A stretch of DNA of 62,591 nt, the filler included, from Nitrospinae bacterium RIFCSPLOWO2_12_FULL_45_22 (lineage in GTDB: Bacteria > 2-12-FULL-45-22), in NCBI GenBank assembly GCA_001803565.1. It is 5 parts of 5 records of this genome, joined end to end, with 100 filler letters (N's around TTAATTAATTAA, not from the genome) between each part and the next. Parts side by side here need not be neighbours in the genome. Positions count along the whole stretch, not along the records: positions 19,001 to 40,795 come from MHDQ01000017.1; positions 40,896 to 50,239 come from MHDQ01000018.1; positions 50,340 to 62,591 come from MHDQ01000019.1; 2 more parts are not named here. One strand, 5' to 3'. This document shows, piece after piece, positions 40,050-50,530 of the stretch. A program made the position numbers and the translations under genes. Numbering within the stretch: position 1 is the first letter of the stretch; every line of letters starts with the position of its first letter. The notes under the pieces were generated by a model. That model did no database searches. It saw nothing but the letters and a program-made list of their open reading frames with translations, and was not told where the DNA came from.

Positions 40050-40173
40050 GGCGAACGGCCAGCGGGATGAGCCGCCGTCGGTTGGGGGCGGAAATTGCTT
40101 ATGCAATTTTCCGTGCCAACCGACCGAGCGGAGCGAAGTCCGAAGGAGGTCGGCTCAATTCCTATTGTTCGAG
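40050..40173 (-). mobile_element. Long attC site (first in the array)
   Basis: CTCGAAC...TGAGCCG...GTCGGTTGG..GGAAAATTGC..GCAATTTCC..CCAACCGAC..CGGCTCA...GTTCGCC. Confidence 0.75.
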
Positions 40174-40371
40174 CCGCTGCGCGGCGAGTACAAATAGGAA
40201 TCGATCATCCCGCTGGCCGTTCGCGCCGCGCACGCGGCGCGAACAGTTAGAATAAATGGAAAATTTTCCATTTATAGCGACTATAAAAGTCAAAAAATTC
40301 CCTCTATTTTTATATTATAGGCTAAAAATGGAAAATTAGCCTTTGAATTTGGTTTATATATTATATTACTT

Positions 40372-40795
40372 ATGGAAGACAAGAGAAAATTCAGACCAGA
40401 TGCCAATTTAAAACTAATGGATCAAGTCCGGCAGGTGCTACGATATCATCATTATGCCTATCGAACTGAGCAAGCATATTGTGACTGGATCGTTCAATAC
40501 CTAAAGTTTTATAAATACAAAAACATCCCCGGGAAATGGGGAAGACCGAAATTGATGTATTTTTAAGCTATCTGGCAACAGATAGAAAGGTTTCAGCATC
40601 AACTCAACGGCAGGCATTGAATGCTATTATATTTCTCTATTAACATGTTCTTGATATACCGGTCTCCGGTGATATCGAGCCGGTTAGGGCAAAGAAAAAT
40701 ATCCGTCCTCCGGTTGTTATGAGCAAAAATGAAGTGCAGCGTGTTTTGGCGCAGGAAGATATGCACGCTCATGTTGTAAAAGTAAGGCAAATTTA
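40372..40795 (+). pseudogene. intI: Integron integrase, frameshifted with a nonsense codon, cut by contig end
   Basis: LMDQVRQVLRYHHYAYRTEQAYCDWI, then a 1-nt deletion in the A-run near 40520, then HPREMG.TEI..FLSYLA..RKVSASTQRQALNA, followed by an in-frame TAA. Confidence 0.92.
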
Positions 40796-40895
40796 NNNNN
40801 NNNNNNNNNNNNNNNNNNNNNNNNNNNNNNNNNNNNNNNTTAATTAATTAANNNNNNNNNNNNNNNNNNNNNNNNNNNNNNNNNNNNNNNNNNNN
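40796..40895. other. Artificial contig linker
   Basis: N run with TTAATTAATTAA. Confidence 0.98.
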
Positions 40896-41155
40896 AGAGA
40901 AATGATTGACCAGACTTCTGTTTGTATTGCATCTTTGGAAGGCTCTTTAGGATCGGAGGGTAGCAAACTTGAATGAAGATTGAAATTATCAGAAAAATTT
41001 CAAAAAGTTTGAATCAGCTTTTCATCAAAGAGTAGCAATATATAAAGATATGAAAACGTGGTCAGAAGGATTAAAAAGAAAAGAGTCATTTGTGATTAAA
41101 TTTTAGTAAATTTTAAAGGAGAGTAATATGACTACTGTAAAGGAGAAAAACTTAG

Positions 41156-42133
41156 ATGTCACTAATTAGCGAGGCTGAAGCGCGGAAGCTCTGGCAGGAT
41201 GCTCTCGAAAAAAAGTGTTGGCACGAACGGAAGATTCGTTTCGTAATGTTTGATTGGCGTCCGGAGATGGGCAAGATTAGTTACCGTCCTGCTCCTGCCT
41301 GGCCGACGGTCGCAAACGGTGAGAACAAAGCAGACCGCGCAACCTTTCTCAACTTGGTCGAGCGAATCCTAAGGCAAGGTGACCGGTTTAGCTCCTTGGG
41401 TAGTGTTCCACGAGTTGGTATTCGACCCGAAATTGAGTTGGCTCCCCACCCAATCGATGAACAGACAATTCGGCAGGCCATCCTTGAAACGATGAATGCG
41501 ATACAACCCGGAGCCGTCAACCAAGAGCAGATTTTGCGGTCGGCGCTCGTCTCACACTTACCCACCCAGTTTCGTGAGGCCATTGGAACACGTTTCTCCG
41601 CATTTCATCCTGAGTTACCAACTCCTTCAGACACATACACACGAACCGGAGATCGCCAGATGCGAGCCCGATACGACATTGGTTTTGGACATCCGCGACA
41701 AGCTGCGGCTATTGTTGGTGTGATGGAGCTAAAAGCAATCAAGGGATCCGTGGCCGCGTTGATACGGTCAGACAGAGTGGACGAATCAAGTGAGAACGGA
41801 GATGTGGAGCCGGTTGACCGGGACTTCTTGCGCGACGATCTTGAAAAGTTACTAGATCCTAGGCTCCCCGGTTCCGCGATGAGGGTTTCTTGGGTTGTGG
41901 CAGGGACAAGAAGTCGGCTGACAACGAGCAAAATTATCGAATCTGTTCAGCGAACACTTGTGCGTTTAGTTCGCGCTGAAGCCCGTCAAGAACTTGATCA
42001 CCAGACAGGCTGGTTGAAATGGGCTTGGGCCAATCCCGATATCGTGTTGCACCTAGCCTGGTATCATCCGCATGCGGCGGAGTCAGACGCGTTCGAGTCG
42101 GTTTGGTCCGACCTGAATACATGCCACCTATGA
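41156..42133 (+). CDS. Hypothetical protein, possible PD-(D/E)XK nuclease fold
   Basis: RYDIGF...VMELKA spacing, and DDLEKL. Confidence 0.5.
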   Translation: MSLISEAEARKLWQDALEKKCWHERKIRFVMFDWRPEMGKISYRPAPAWPTVANGENKADRATFLNLVERILRQGDRFSSLGSVPRVGIRPEIELAPHPIDEQTIRQAILETMNAIQPGAVNQEQILRSALVSHLPTQFREAIGTRFSAFHPELPTPSDTYTRTGDRQMRARYDIGFGHPRQAAAIVGVMELKAIKGSVAALIRSDRVDESSENGDVEPVDRDFLRDDLEKLLDPRLPGSAMRVSWVVAGTRSRLTTSKIIESVQRTLVRLVRAEARQELDHQTGWLKWAWANPDIVLHLAWYHPHAAESDAFESVWSDLNTCHL

Positions 42134-42384
42134 TAGTTCGTTGCGGGGCCGACCAAAGAATGATGAAAGGGCCTCGGTCCGGAGCCGAGGCCCTCGAAGC
42201 AGGAGAGTTCAAAAAGGCACTTCTTCCGGCTGAGAATCAGCCGGAGTGTTATCACGTGTTTGCTCTTTATGCGCGGCTGAGCTTGCGGATGGAATCCGCC
42301 TCCACCTGCCCCACTCCATAAATGAATTCTGGGGACACCATATTTAATTATTGATTTTGTTTTTAAAATAGTTAAGATGCGGCC

Positions 42385-42510
42385 ATGTCCAGGATTACTC
42401 GTATGGTAGTTCCAGAAGTAACGCATCATATAACTCAGCAAGGGAATCGGCGTTTGCAGACATTCTTCTGCGATGAAGATTATGAGGTATACATAGACTT
42501 GATGTGTCCC
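42385..42510 (+). pseudogene. REP-associated tyrosine transposase (RAYT/Y1) 5' fragment
   Basis: MSRITRMVVPEVTHHITQQGNRRLQTFFCDEDYEVY, then unrelated Cys-rich sequence. Confidence 0.8.
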
Positions 42511-42774
42511 TATGTGGAAGTTGTCACCTGCTGGTGCGAGGACGTAAAGGTCGAGAACGAGCATAAGAACGGGACGAACCACTACTGCGAGGTCTGCCAC
42601 GTGATGGTGTACCTCTGCCAGCGGTGCGGAGCGTAGCTTTGTGGCAATTGTATTGAGATACACAACTGCTCGGAAGATGAGGAGGAGGAAGAGGAGTGAG
42701 GGATTGTTTAAACAGGTGAAGAAAAATTATATATCTAAGGTTAAGACCGTGGAGAATTAAAAGCTAGGAGGCGA

Positions 42775-43638
42775 ATGATCTTGTCCGAAAAATGCATTCT
42801 TTGTAATTCAGAAGTATCTGACCACCAGACGTATATGAACAATAAGAAGAGATTTGTCCGAACCACCCGATACCAAGGGATAATCGATGTGTTGCTTGAT
42901 ACGAAGATGTTCTCAAGTGTCCATTTCGATCATGATACGGAATTGTCCAATCCCTATAGGGAAATTGCTTATCATTTGCGAAGCGCTCTGCAAAAGGAAT
43001 CTGGAAAAGGACGCGGTAAGCATTGTAAATGGCCCGATATTGTCGGAATAAAAGGTGATATTTGCGATATTATCATCGAAGAAGAGCGGCATCCAAATGG
43101 ATTGAAGATCAGAAAAAATCTCGACATCATTACACAATGTAACTATCTTTGGACTAATGGTCGAACATATAATCTGAATAACCCGACATTATTCATATTG
43201 ATCGATGATACTACCGAAGATCCCACTTCGGTCAAGGAAAAGATTGGATACTTTTCAAAGGCAATCGTGTGCATGAAAAATGATTTTCCGGAAATGTTTG
43301 AGAGATACTATATACGAAATGAAGGAACGATTACTATGAATAAGATAGACGAAACAACCAAAGCTGGTGGGAAATCGCAGATGGATGAAGACGCCGAAGA
43401 TGTCCTAAATTTTGTTGGAACGAAGATTCCGGGGGAAATTGTTCGTGAAGCAAGACGTCTCGGGTGTAATGACACCAGATTCATCTATAAGAATAATGAG
43501 TATGGTCCTAAAGGAATGCCTTGTGCAAGCATCGGTGCGAAGCCAACACCATTTAGAAATGAACGGAACATGGAACAGTCGAAAGTCCGGTTAAGTGATG
43601 GTTACGTCGTGTTTCGATCACCTTCGTCTAAGGATTAA
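42775..43638 (+). CDS. Hypothetical protein
   Basis: 287-aa ORF with a GGAGG RBS. WPDIVG...IIIEEE may be a nuclease-like motif. Confidence 0.55.
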   Translation: MILSEKCILCNSEVSDHQTYMNNKKRFVRTTRYQGIIDVLLDTKMFSSVHFDHDTELSNPYREIAYHLRSALQKESGKGRGKHCKWPDIVGIKGDICDIIIEEERHPNGLKIRKNLDIITQCNYLWTNGRTYNLNNPTLFILIDDTTEDPTSVKEKIGYFSKAIVCMKNDFPEMFERYYIRNEGTITMNKIDETTKAGGKSQMDEDAEDVLNFVGTKIPGEIVREARRLGCNDTRFIYKNNEYGPKGMPCASIGAKPTPFRNERNMEQSKVRLSDGYVVFRSPSSKD

Positions 43639-43742
43639 TAGAAGTAACGATTTGAATAATACGGCCTTAATTTGAGTCGTGTAAATAATTTGTTTAACTC
43701 GCATTTCTTTTCAGCATCTCTAAAAGGTTATAAATCTTAACA

Positions 43743-46700
43743 ATGAGCGGAACTGTTTTACCTCAAAACATTTTAATCTCAGAATTATCTAAGATTAATC
43801 AGGCATACCCTCGTATCGAGAAAGTACTTATTGTTCCAGATTATCAAACTGGCCACCAAATACTGGAGTATGTTGTCCGTTCCGGTGTCTCGTGGATAAA
43901 TTTCACGATTGCTACGCCTACTTCGTTAGCGATTGATCTCGTTGAAGATGAAATAATTTCCAATAATCTTGAGTTGCTGTCTGCTGATATAAACCTGATT
44001 GTTGTGGATACTATATTTAATTCTTTATCTTCTTCACGGGTACTTACCTATTTCGAAAAACATCCTGTTAACAAAGGCATGATCGAAGCGTTAGTACGTT
44101 CGATCAGTGAGTTGCGTATATGCGGTATTTCTTCCAAAAACATACAACAGCATAGTTTTGTTTCCCCTAAAAAGGCGAATGATTTGGTCTTGTTGCTCGC
44201 TGAATACGAAAAGGCACTCAAAAAACAGAAATTTATTGATACCGCAGAATTATTAAGCATGGCGTTAGGGCGCGTGAGCGCTGTGACTGACAAAGAAAAG
44301 AAATTTGTCGTGCCTCATAGATTTTATCTGCGCGGAGTAGTGCGCATGTTTGTTGAAAAGATTGCAGCCGAAAATTTGATCGTTGTGGCAGAGGATTCCT
44401 CAATTGGACTCGCTGTGCCTTCTGATGCGTGGCCGGTAAAAGAGAAAACAGAAAATCTAAAAGCAAATTCAGATAGCCAGAGGCTGAAGTGGCTTTTCGA
44501 TCATGATAATCCTCCAAAAGCCTTTCATGATTCTAGCATTGAAATATTCAGTGCAGTTGGCGAGCGGAATGAAATAAGAGAGGTATTCAGGCGCATTGCA
44601 AGAGAGAAGATAAAGGTAGACGAAACAGAACTTATTTATACTGATTCAGGAAAGTATTTAGATTTGATTTACTTTCTATGCGAAAAATTAGGTATTCCGG
44701 TAACTTTTTCCAATGGAATATCGTTCAACATAACCCGTGCCGGCAGGGCGCTTATGAACTTTCTTTTTTGGATAAAAGAAGATTTCCGCGAGATACATTT
44801 AAGACGAATTCTTGACTCAGGAACGCTCAAGATAAAAAGCGAAGACGAAGATAACTCTGAAAGTGTTTTTGCATTAGGACATCTGTTAAGGATCTCAGGT
44901 GTTGGATGGGGAAGGGAAAGACACAGCCAAATTCTGTCACAGAAAATTGAGGAGTCAAAAAAATACAGACATGAAGCAGATGATGATGAACTAAAGGGAG
45001 GGAATTACTACACGCGGGAGAGAAAGATAAAAAGCTATGAGCGTTTATTAAATATTTGCACCTCTTTGCTGACCCTGATACCTAATAATGACGAAGAAGG
45101 AAAAATTAATTTCTCTAAATTATGTGCTGGTTTATTAGAATTTCTTAATAAGTATGTAAAAATACTCGATGAATATGATGCTTTTTTCGTAGCACGTGCA
45201 AAAGAAATATTCTCTCAGTTAGGCACGTATTTACAAGAAGATATGGCTTTTGAAGAGGCGCTAGGAAAACTAATTACTATAATTTCGAATATAAGAATTA
45301 AACCTTCCGTACCGAAGCCCGGCTGTTTGCATGTAGCACACTATAAAAGCGGCGCCCGCTCAGGCAGAACACATACTTTCATAGTAGGACTAGATGAAGG
45401 CAAATTCCCGGAAAGAGTAATGCAGGATCCGGTGCTTTTGGATGAAGAGAGGAAAAACCTTCATTCAGAACTCGAACTTTCTCAAGAAAAGCTTCACAAA
45501 AATGTCTATGAGATGGCCGCCCTTATTGCAAGTTTGCGGGGAAAAGTAAGATTTAGTTATTCGACATATGATGCCAGAGAGGAGAGAAAAACATTTCCGT
45601 CATCGTTACTGCTCCAGGTGTTTCGTATAAAAGAAGGCAACCCCAATGCTGATTATAATGAAATGCAGTTGGCTCTGAGCCAGCCCGTTGCCTTTAGTGG
45701 AACAGGAGTAAACCTTGATCAGACTGATTGGTGGCTTAACAAGTTGGTTGATGGTGTGTCTTTAAAGGATGGTATGGGAATTGTGAAAGAGTATTTTCCC
45801 GGTTTGAAAGAAGGGTTATTTGCTGCAGAAAGGAGGGCATCGGATGATTTCAGCGAGTACGACGGCAAGGTTACAGTTAAAGGATCAGATGTTGACCCAA
45901 GGGAAAATAAAAATTTAGTTATGTCCTGTTCGATGATTGAAATGATTGCCAGGTGTCCCTTTGCATATTTTTTAAAGCACCTTTTGTTGATTTATAAGCC
46001 AGAAGAAGTGGAAAAAGACATGACTCTTTGGCTCAGTCCGGCACAAAGAGGCACGTTACTACACGAAGTATTCAAACTTTATGCCGAACAGATGTGCAAG
46101 GAAAGCAAATCAATAGGTTTCGATAAACAAAAGAAGGTTGTTTTAGACATTTTGGATAAGACTGTTCAGGAATTTAAGGAAGAAATCCCTCCCCCTAGCG
46201 ATGTTGTATTTCAGAGTGAATTTACACAGCTAAAACGCGATGCAGAGGTTTTTCTGAAAATAAACGAGAGATTGGAAACAAGCCCGGTGATGTGGGAAGT
46301 TTCGTTTGGTGATAATGATGAAACGAGAGCGAGCATTTCCCTGGGAGATGGCACTAAAATATCTTTGCGCGGAAGGATTGACAGGATCGACAAGGCCAGG
46401 GAATCAGAATACCACGTGTGGGACTATAAAACGGGCAGTTCTTTTGGGTTTGACGAAAAGCATTACATTAATGGCGGCACTCAGATTCAGCACATTTTAT
46501 ATGCAGAAGCAGCCGTGAAAATCCTGCAATCAGTTGATAAGAATGCAAAGGTAACCCGGTCGGGGTACATTCTACCAACGGAACGTGGAACAAAAGACGG
46601 AAAAGGTGGTATTCTTCAAAAGGACGTTGCTTTGAAAGTAAAAGGGCAAGAAGCCCTTCGAATCATATTTGATATTGTTAAAAGCGGTACATTTATGCGC

Positions 46701-46844
46701 AATGTCAAAAATGAGGGTTGCAACCTTTGTGATTATAGTGAAATTTGTGATGGTGAAAGCAGCCAAAATCAAATAAAGCAAAAACTGGGTAATGAGAAAA
46801 ATACAAAACTGCAGCTTTGGATAAGGCTTAAAGAATATGAATAA
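43743..46844 (+). CDS. addB: AddB-like inactive helicase / PD-(D/E)XK nuclease with Fe-S cysteines
   Basis: Motifs CPFAYF, RGTLLHEV, LRGRIDRID, WDYKTG and CNLCDYSEIC. Confidence 0.85.
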   Translation: MSGTVLPQNILISELSKINQAYPRIEKVLIVPDYQTGHQILEYVVRSGVSWINFTIATPTSLAIDLVEDEIISNNLELLSADINLIVVDTIFNSLSSSRVLTYFEKHPVNKGMIEALVRSISELRICGISSKNIQQHSFVSPKKANDLVLLLAEYEKALKKQKFIDTAELLSMALGRVSAVTDKEKKFVVPHRFYLRGVVRMFVEKIAAENLIVVAEDSSIGLAVPSDAWPVKEKTENLKANSDSQRLKWLFDHDNPPKAFHDSSIEIFSAVGERNEIREVFRRIAREKIKVDETELIYTDSGKYLDLIYFLCEKLGIPVTFSNGISFNITRAGRALMNFLFWIKEDFREIHLRRILDSGTLKIKSEDEDNSESVFALGHLLRISGVGWGRERHSQILSQKIEESKKYRHEADDDELKGGNYYTRERKIKSYERLLNICTSLLTLIPNNDEEGKINFSKLCAGLLEFLNKYVKILDEYDAFFVARAKEIFSQLGTYLQEDMAFEEALGKLITIISNIRIKPSVPKPGCLHVAHYKSGARSGRTHTFIVGLDEGKFPERVMQDPVLLDEERKNLHSELELSQEKLHKNVYEMAALIASLRGKVRFSYSTYDAREERKTFPSSLLLQVFRIKEGNPNADYNEMQLALSQPVAFSGTGVNLDQTDWWLNKLVDGVSLKDGMGIVKEYFPGLKEGLFAAERRASDDFSEYDGKVTVKGSDVDPRENKNLVMSCSMIEMIARCPFAYFLKHLLLIYKPEEVEKDMTLWLSPAQRGTLLHEVFKLYAEQMCKESKSIGFDKQKKVVLDILDKTVQEFKEEIPPPSDVVFQSEFTQLKRDAEVFLKINERLETSPVMWEVSFGDNDETRASISLGDGTKISLRGRIDRIDKARESEYHVWDYKTGSSFGFDEKHYINGGTQIQHILYAEAAVKILQSVDKNAKVTRSGYILPTERGTKDGKGGILQKDVALKVKGQEALRIIFDIVKSGTFMRNVKNEGCNLCDYSEICDGESSQNQIKQKLGNEKNTKLQLWIRLKEYE

Positions 46845-49800
46845 ACCCATCCCTGACCAAAAACAAAGAGATTTGATTGCTCATGAACTCGAAACAAGCT
46901 TTTTTGTAGAAGCTGGGGCAGGTTCGGGCAAGACCCATAGTTTGGTGGATAGAATGGTAGGTATTATACGTCGCGGTTACGCTGGAATTGAGAATGTTAT
47001 AGCAGTCACTTTTACCCGTAAAGCAGCAGCGGAATTACGCGAGCGATTTCAGATCAGGCTAGAAGAATTGCTGAAGAGTCATGATACAACCGATGCTGAA
47101 AAGAAATATATAAATCAAGCATTGCTGCGCTTTGAATCTGCTTCAATAAGTACAATGCATACATTTTGCGCAAAAATTCTCAAAGAAAGACCGGTAGAGG
47201 CTGGAATTGACCCTGATTTTGAAGAAATTGAAGAGACCGAGGATTTCATGTTTGCTGAACAGGTATGGTGCCAGTATATCGAGAATCAGGGGCTCGAAGG
47301 GAATCAGGCAATAGGCTGGCTTCAGGATCATGGTATAGACTACAAGTCACTCAAAGATATATACGTGAAATTGGTGTGCTATCCGGACATCCGGGTATTT
47401 ACCCAATCTGTGCCTCGGCCTGATTTCCAGTTAGCAAAAAAAAGAATAAAAGAGTTTCTTGTATTGCTAGGAAAGGACATACCCAAAGTTATGCCTAATG
47501 GAGGTTGGGATGATTTGCAGAGTATTGTTAGAAGTGGATTAAAGCTAATTGATTTAGGTTATTTGGAAGAAGAAAGGCTTTTTGTCAATCTTTTGACCCT
47601 CTTAACTAAAAAAATCAAAGTAACGCAAAAGAAATGGCGGGATACAAATCTGGCGAAAACATGTGAAGCCGAGGCGCAGCAATTCCAAAGCGAGACAGTT
47701 GTGCCTGCACTACGGCAATGGCGGGAATACCTGCATAAGCCCCTGGTTGATTTTGCTCTTGATGGGGTCAAATATTATGAAGAATGGAGAAAGGAAAGGT
47801 CTGTTCTTAACTTTCAGGATTTATTAATGAAAAGTGCAACTCTTCTGCGTAATAATGCGGAGGTAAGGGCTTATTATAAGAAAAATATCAAATTTCTTTT
47901 GGTTGATGAATTTCAAGATACAGACCCTATTCAAGCCGAAATTGTTATGCTTCTTACAGGAGAAGATAATTCGATTGATGATTGGCACAAGGTAAGACCT
48001 AAACCTGGCACTCTTTTTTTGGTAGGCGATCCTAAACAAAGCATCTACAGATTCCGCAGGGCAGATATTGATATTTATAATAAGGTAAAGAGCATTTTCA
48101 AAGACGGGGCTGGAAAGGTTATTGAACTAACCTCAAATTTTCGGTCGCTTGAGCACATTACCGGTTTAACAAATACAGTCTTCAAAAATATTTTCCCCGA
48201 AAAGGATTCACAATATCAAGCGAAGTTTACCCCGCTGGTAAACATACGGGGGCTTTCAGCAAAACATTCTCATGGAATATACAAAATTCTTCTCCCTGAA
48301 GTAGAGAGAAACCGCAGGGAACCGCTCGTTCGGGAAGAGGCGCGCAGTATCTCATCATGGATTTATAATGCTATCAATGGAAACCTTAAGCTTGAAAGAA
48401 CAGAAAAAGAGGTGCGGGCTGGAGAAACAGAAGATGCAAAGCCGGGCGATTTTATGATTATCACAAAGAAAAAGGATATGCTTTCATGGTATGCCCGCGC
48501 TTTAGAAGAATTGGGTATTCCGTACGAAATGTCCGGAGGAGATAGTTTTGCAAATTCCGCAGAGTTAAATGAAATATATAAAGTGCTTAAGGCTGTTGCA
48601 GACCCAAAAGACCCTGTAGTGTTAGTAGCTGCTTTAAGAGGATTATTTTTTGGAATTAGCGACAACGATCTTTATCAGTTTGTTAAACAAGGTGGAAGAA
48701 TTTATGTCTATAGCAAAGTAGAAAATGGTCCTGCTAATATTAAAAATGCCTTTGAAAGGATAAAAAAATATTGCGATATAGTTGCTCGCAACTCACCGGT
48801 AACGGCTCTCGAAATAATTATTGAGCACTTGGGTATTATTCCTCTTGCCATTTCAGGAAAAATGGGGTCTAGTAGAGCAGGAAATATACTGAAGGCGCTA
48901 GAACTCTTAAGGGAATTACGGTCGGATATGACGGGAACTTTTCCTGAAATAGTTGAATACTTGAAAGAATTGTTGGTTACCGAAGGAATTGAGGAAATGG
49001 GCCTTTTCCCTGGCACAGGTAAGTCAGTGAGAATAATGAATTTACACAAAGCAAAAGGTCTTGAAGCACCGGTAATTATTTTAGCCGATCCGTTGGGTGT
49101 GGCAAAAGATCATGAACCACAGCTTCATGTAAAACGTACTTCAGAAAGTTCTGTTGGATACTTCTTGGTTACGAAGTCAAAAGGCGAATATAGTTATGAG
49201 GTTGTTGCAGAACCAAAAGAGTGGGAACGATATGGGGGTGACGAAACACTGTATGATAAAGAGGAGGCAAACAGACTGGATTACGTAGCTGTAACTCGTG
49301 CAAAGAATATTCTCGTAATAAGCGTTTATGAAGAAGGTGAGAAGAAAAAGGCCTGGGAATCGCTTTATCCCTATTTACAAGATAAACCCGAATTAAAAAT
49401 TGATTCTTTCCCTACTCCAAAGCCAAGAGAGATTTTTACTATATCCAAAAAAAGATTGACCAAAGAACAGACAAATATCACAGATACTATTTCTCTGATG
49501 AATGAACCCACATATCAAGTAGCTACAGTAACTGAGTTAATAGACAAAAAAGATATTTTTAAGGGTGATGCTGCTCAGGGGGCAAGCTGGGGGAGGATTA
49601 TCCACAAAGCCCTCGAAGCTTGTGGCAGAGGCAAGAGAGACAAACTTGAAATACTCGCAAAGAATTGGCTCATTGATGAAGGAAGGCCGTCCGATGACCT
49701 GCACAAAATAATTTCGCTGGTTGATGGCATTATAAAAAGCGAAATGTGGCAAAGAGTATTACGAGCTGAAGAGAAATATTTTGAAATACCATTCTCCAGC

Positions 49801-50034
49801 CCAAGTGACAACGGAATTGTCTATGGTATCATAGATTTGATATTCAAAGAACCTGATGGTTGGGTAATTGTTGATTATAAAACAGACAATTTTGAAACTA
49901 ACGTAGCAAAGAAAGAGGCTTACGAAAGGCAACTGGAAATGTATGCCGGGTACTGGGGAAAGATCACCCAGGGTAAAGTGAAAGAAAAGAAACTTTGCAG
50001 GGTTGCTGGCGTATTTGAACCTCCTGCCTCCTGA
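46837..50034 (+). CDS. addA: AddA-like UvrD helicase-nuclease
   Basis: Motifs EAGAGSGKT, VDEFQDTD, VGDPKQSIYRFRRAD, HKAKGLE, YVAVTRAK and GIIDL...VDYKT. Confidence 0.9.
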   Translation: MNKPIPDQKQRDLIAHELETSFFVEAGAGSGKTHSLVDRMVGIIRRGYAGIENVIAVTFTRKAAAELRERFQIRLEELLKSHDTTDAEKKYINQALLRFESASISTMHTFCAKILKERPVEAGIDPDFEEIEETEDFMFAEQVWCQYIENQGLEGNQAIGWLQDHGIDYKSLKDIYVKLVCYPDIRVFTQSVPRPDFQLAKKRIKEFLVLLGKDIPKVMPNGGWDDLQSIVRSGLKLIDLGYLEEERLFVNLLTLLTKKIKVTQKKWRDTNLAKTCEAEAQQFQSETVVPALRQWREYLHKPLVDFALDGVKYYEEWRKERSVLNFQDLLMKSATLLRNNAEVRAYYKKNIKFLLVDEFQDTDPIQAEIVMLLTGEDNSIDDWHKVRPKPGTLFLVGDPKQSIYRFRRADIDIYNKVKSIFKDGAGKVIELTSNFRSLEHITGLTNTVFKNIFPEKDSQYQAKFTPLVNIRGLSAKHSHGIYKILLPEVERNRREPLVREEARSISSWIYNAINGNLKLERTEKEVRAGETEDAKPGDFMIITKKKDMLSWYARALEELGIPYEMSGGDSFANSAELNEIYKVLKAVADPKDPVVLVAALRGLFFGISDNDLYQFVKQGGRIYVYSKVENGPANIKNAFERIKKYCDIVARNSPVTALEIIIEHLGIIPLAISGKMGSSRAGNILKALELLRELRSDMTGTFPEIVEYLKELLVTEGIEEMGLFPGTGKSVRIMNLHKAKGLEAPVIILADPLGVAKDHEPQLHVKRTSESSVGYFLVTKSKGEYSYEVVAEPKEWERYGGDETLYDKEEANRLDYVAVTRAKNILVISVYEEGEKKKAWESLYPYLQDKPELKIDSFPTPKPREIFTISKKRLTKEQTNITDTISLMNEPTYQVATVTELIDKKDIFKGDAAQGASWGRIIHKALEACGRGKRDKLEILAKNWLIDEGRPSDDLHKIISLVDGIIKSEMWQRVLRAEEKYFEIPFSSPSDNGIVYGIIDLIFKEPDGWVIVDYKTDNFETNVAKKEAYERQLEMYAGYWGKITQGKVKEKKLCRVAGVFEPPAS

Positions 50035-50094
50035 GTGTAAGCCGAGATTATCTGCTGTATTCATAGTTTGATCTATCCTGGAGGATAATAAACA

Positions 50095-50239
50095 ATGTTG
50101 GTAACTATAAATAATTTAATTGAGAAGTATAATGCTCTGTTTGAGTTGTTGCTTGAACGAAAAGAACAAGTTATAAAATTCAAGGAATTTATAGAAAAGG
50201 AGACTTGTTGGTTAACGGCTCCGGCTTCTACCAGATTTC
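50095..50239 (+). CDS. N-terminus of a probable HD-domain protein (cut by contig end)
   Basis: W.TAPASTRF motif, which typically precedes the H...GGL..HS segment of HD hydrolases. Confidence 0.5.
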
Positions 50240-50339
50240 NNNNNNNNNNNNNNNNNNNNNNNNNNNNNNNNNNNNNNNNNNNNTTAATTAATTAANNNNN
50301 NNNNNNNNNNNNNNNNNNNNNNNNNNNNNNNNNNNNNNN
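50240..50339. other. Artificial contig linker
   Basis: N run with TTAATTAATTAA. Confidence 0.98.
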
Positions 50340-50388
50340 TACACTCTCTAGAAGGGCAAACTATTAGTCCTGTCGTAATCCTTCAGGG

Positions 50389-50439
50389 GTAGCCACAACC
50401 TTCAGCTTGCGCTATTCGCAGCCTAAAACCTGCGCCTAC
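50389..50439. repeat. REP-like inverted doublet with GTAG/CTAC ends
   Basis: GTAGCCACAACCTTCAGCTTGCG-CTATT-CGCAGCCTAAAACCTGCGCCTAC. A related half copy lies near 60664-60687. Confidence 0.55.
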
Positions 50440-50530
50440 TCCCTGAAACTGAGATATTCCGTCCGATCATTCTTTTTGATTAAGTATAAAAGATATAAGA
50501 TTACCAGCCAAAAGGGAGCGAGGTAGACCT

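Larger units (their letters stand above)
30720..40244 (-). mobile_element. Integron cassette array (seven recognisable attC sites, one split by an intron, plus one half site)
   Basis: attC at 30720-30778, ~30850-30903 (3' arm deleted), 31536-31607, 32124-32210, 32913-32971, 35655/36569 (split), 38232-38303 and 40050-40173. All genes are co-oriented, intI is divergent, and R'' boxes complement the cassette starts. Confidence 0.92.

Noticed and set aside
40250-40371. Search for an E. coli-type LexA box upstream of intI
   Set aside because: No CTGT-N8-ACAG was found. The AAATGGAAAATTTTCCATTT palindrome is present but cannot be assigned.
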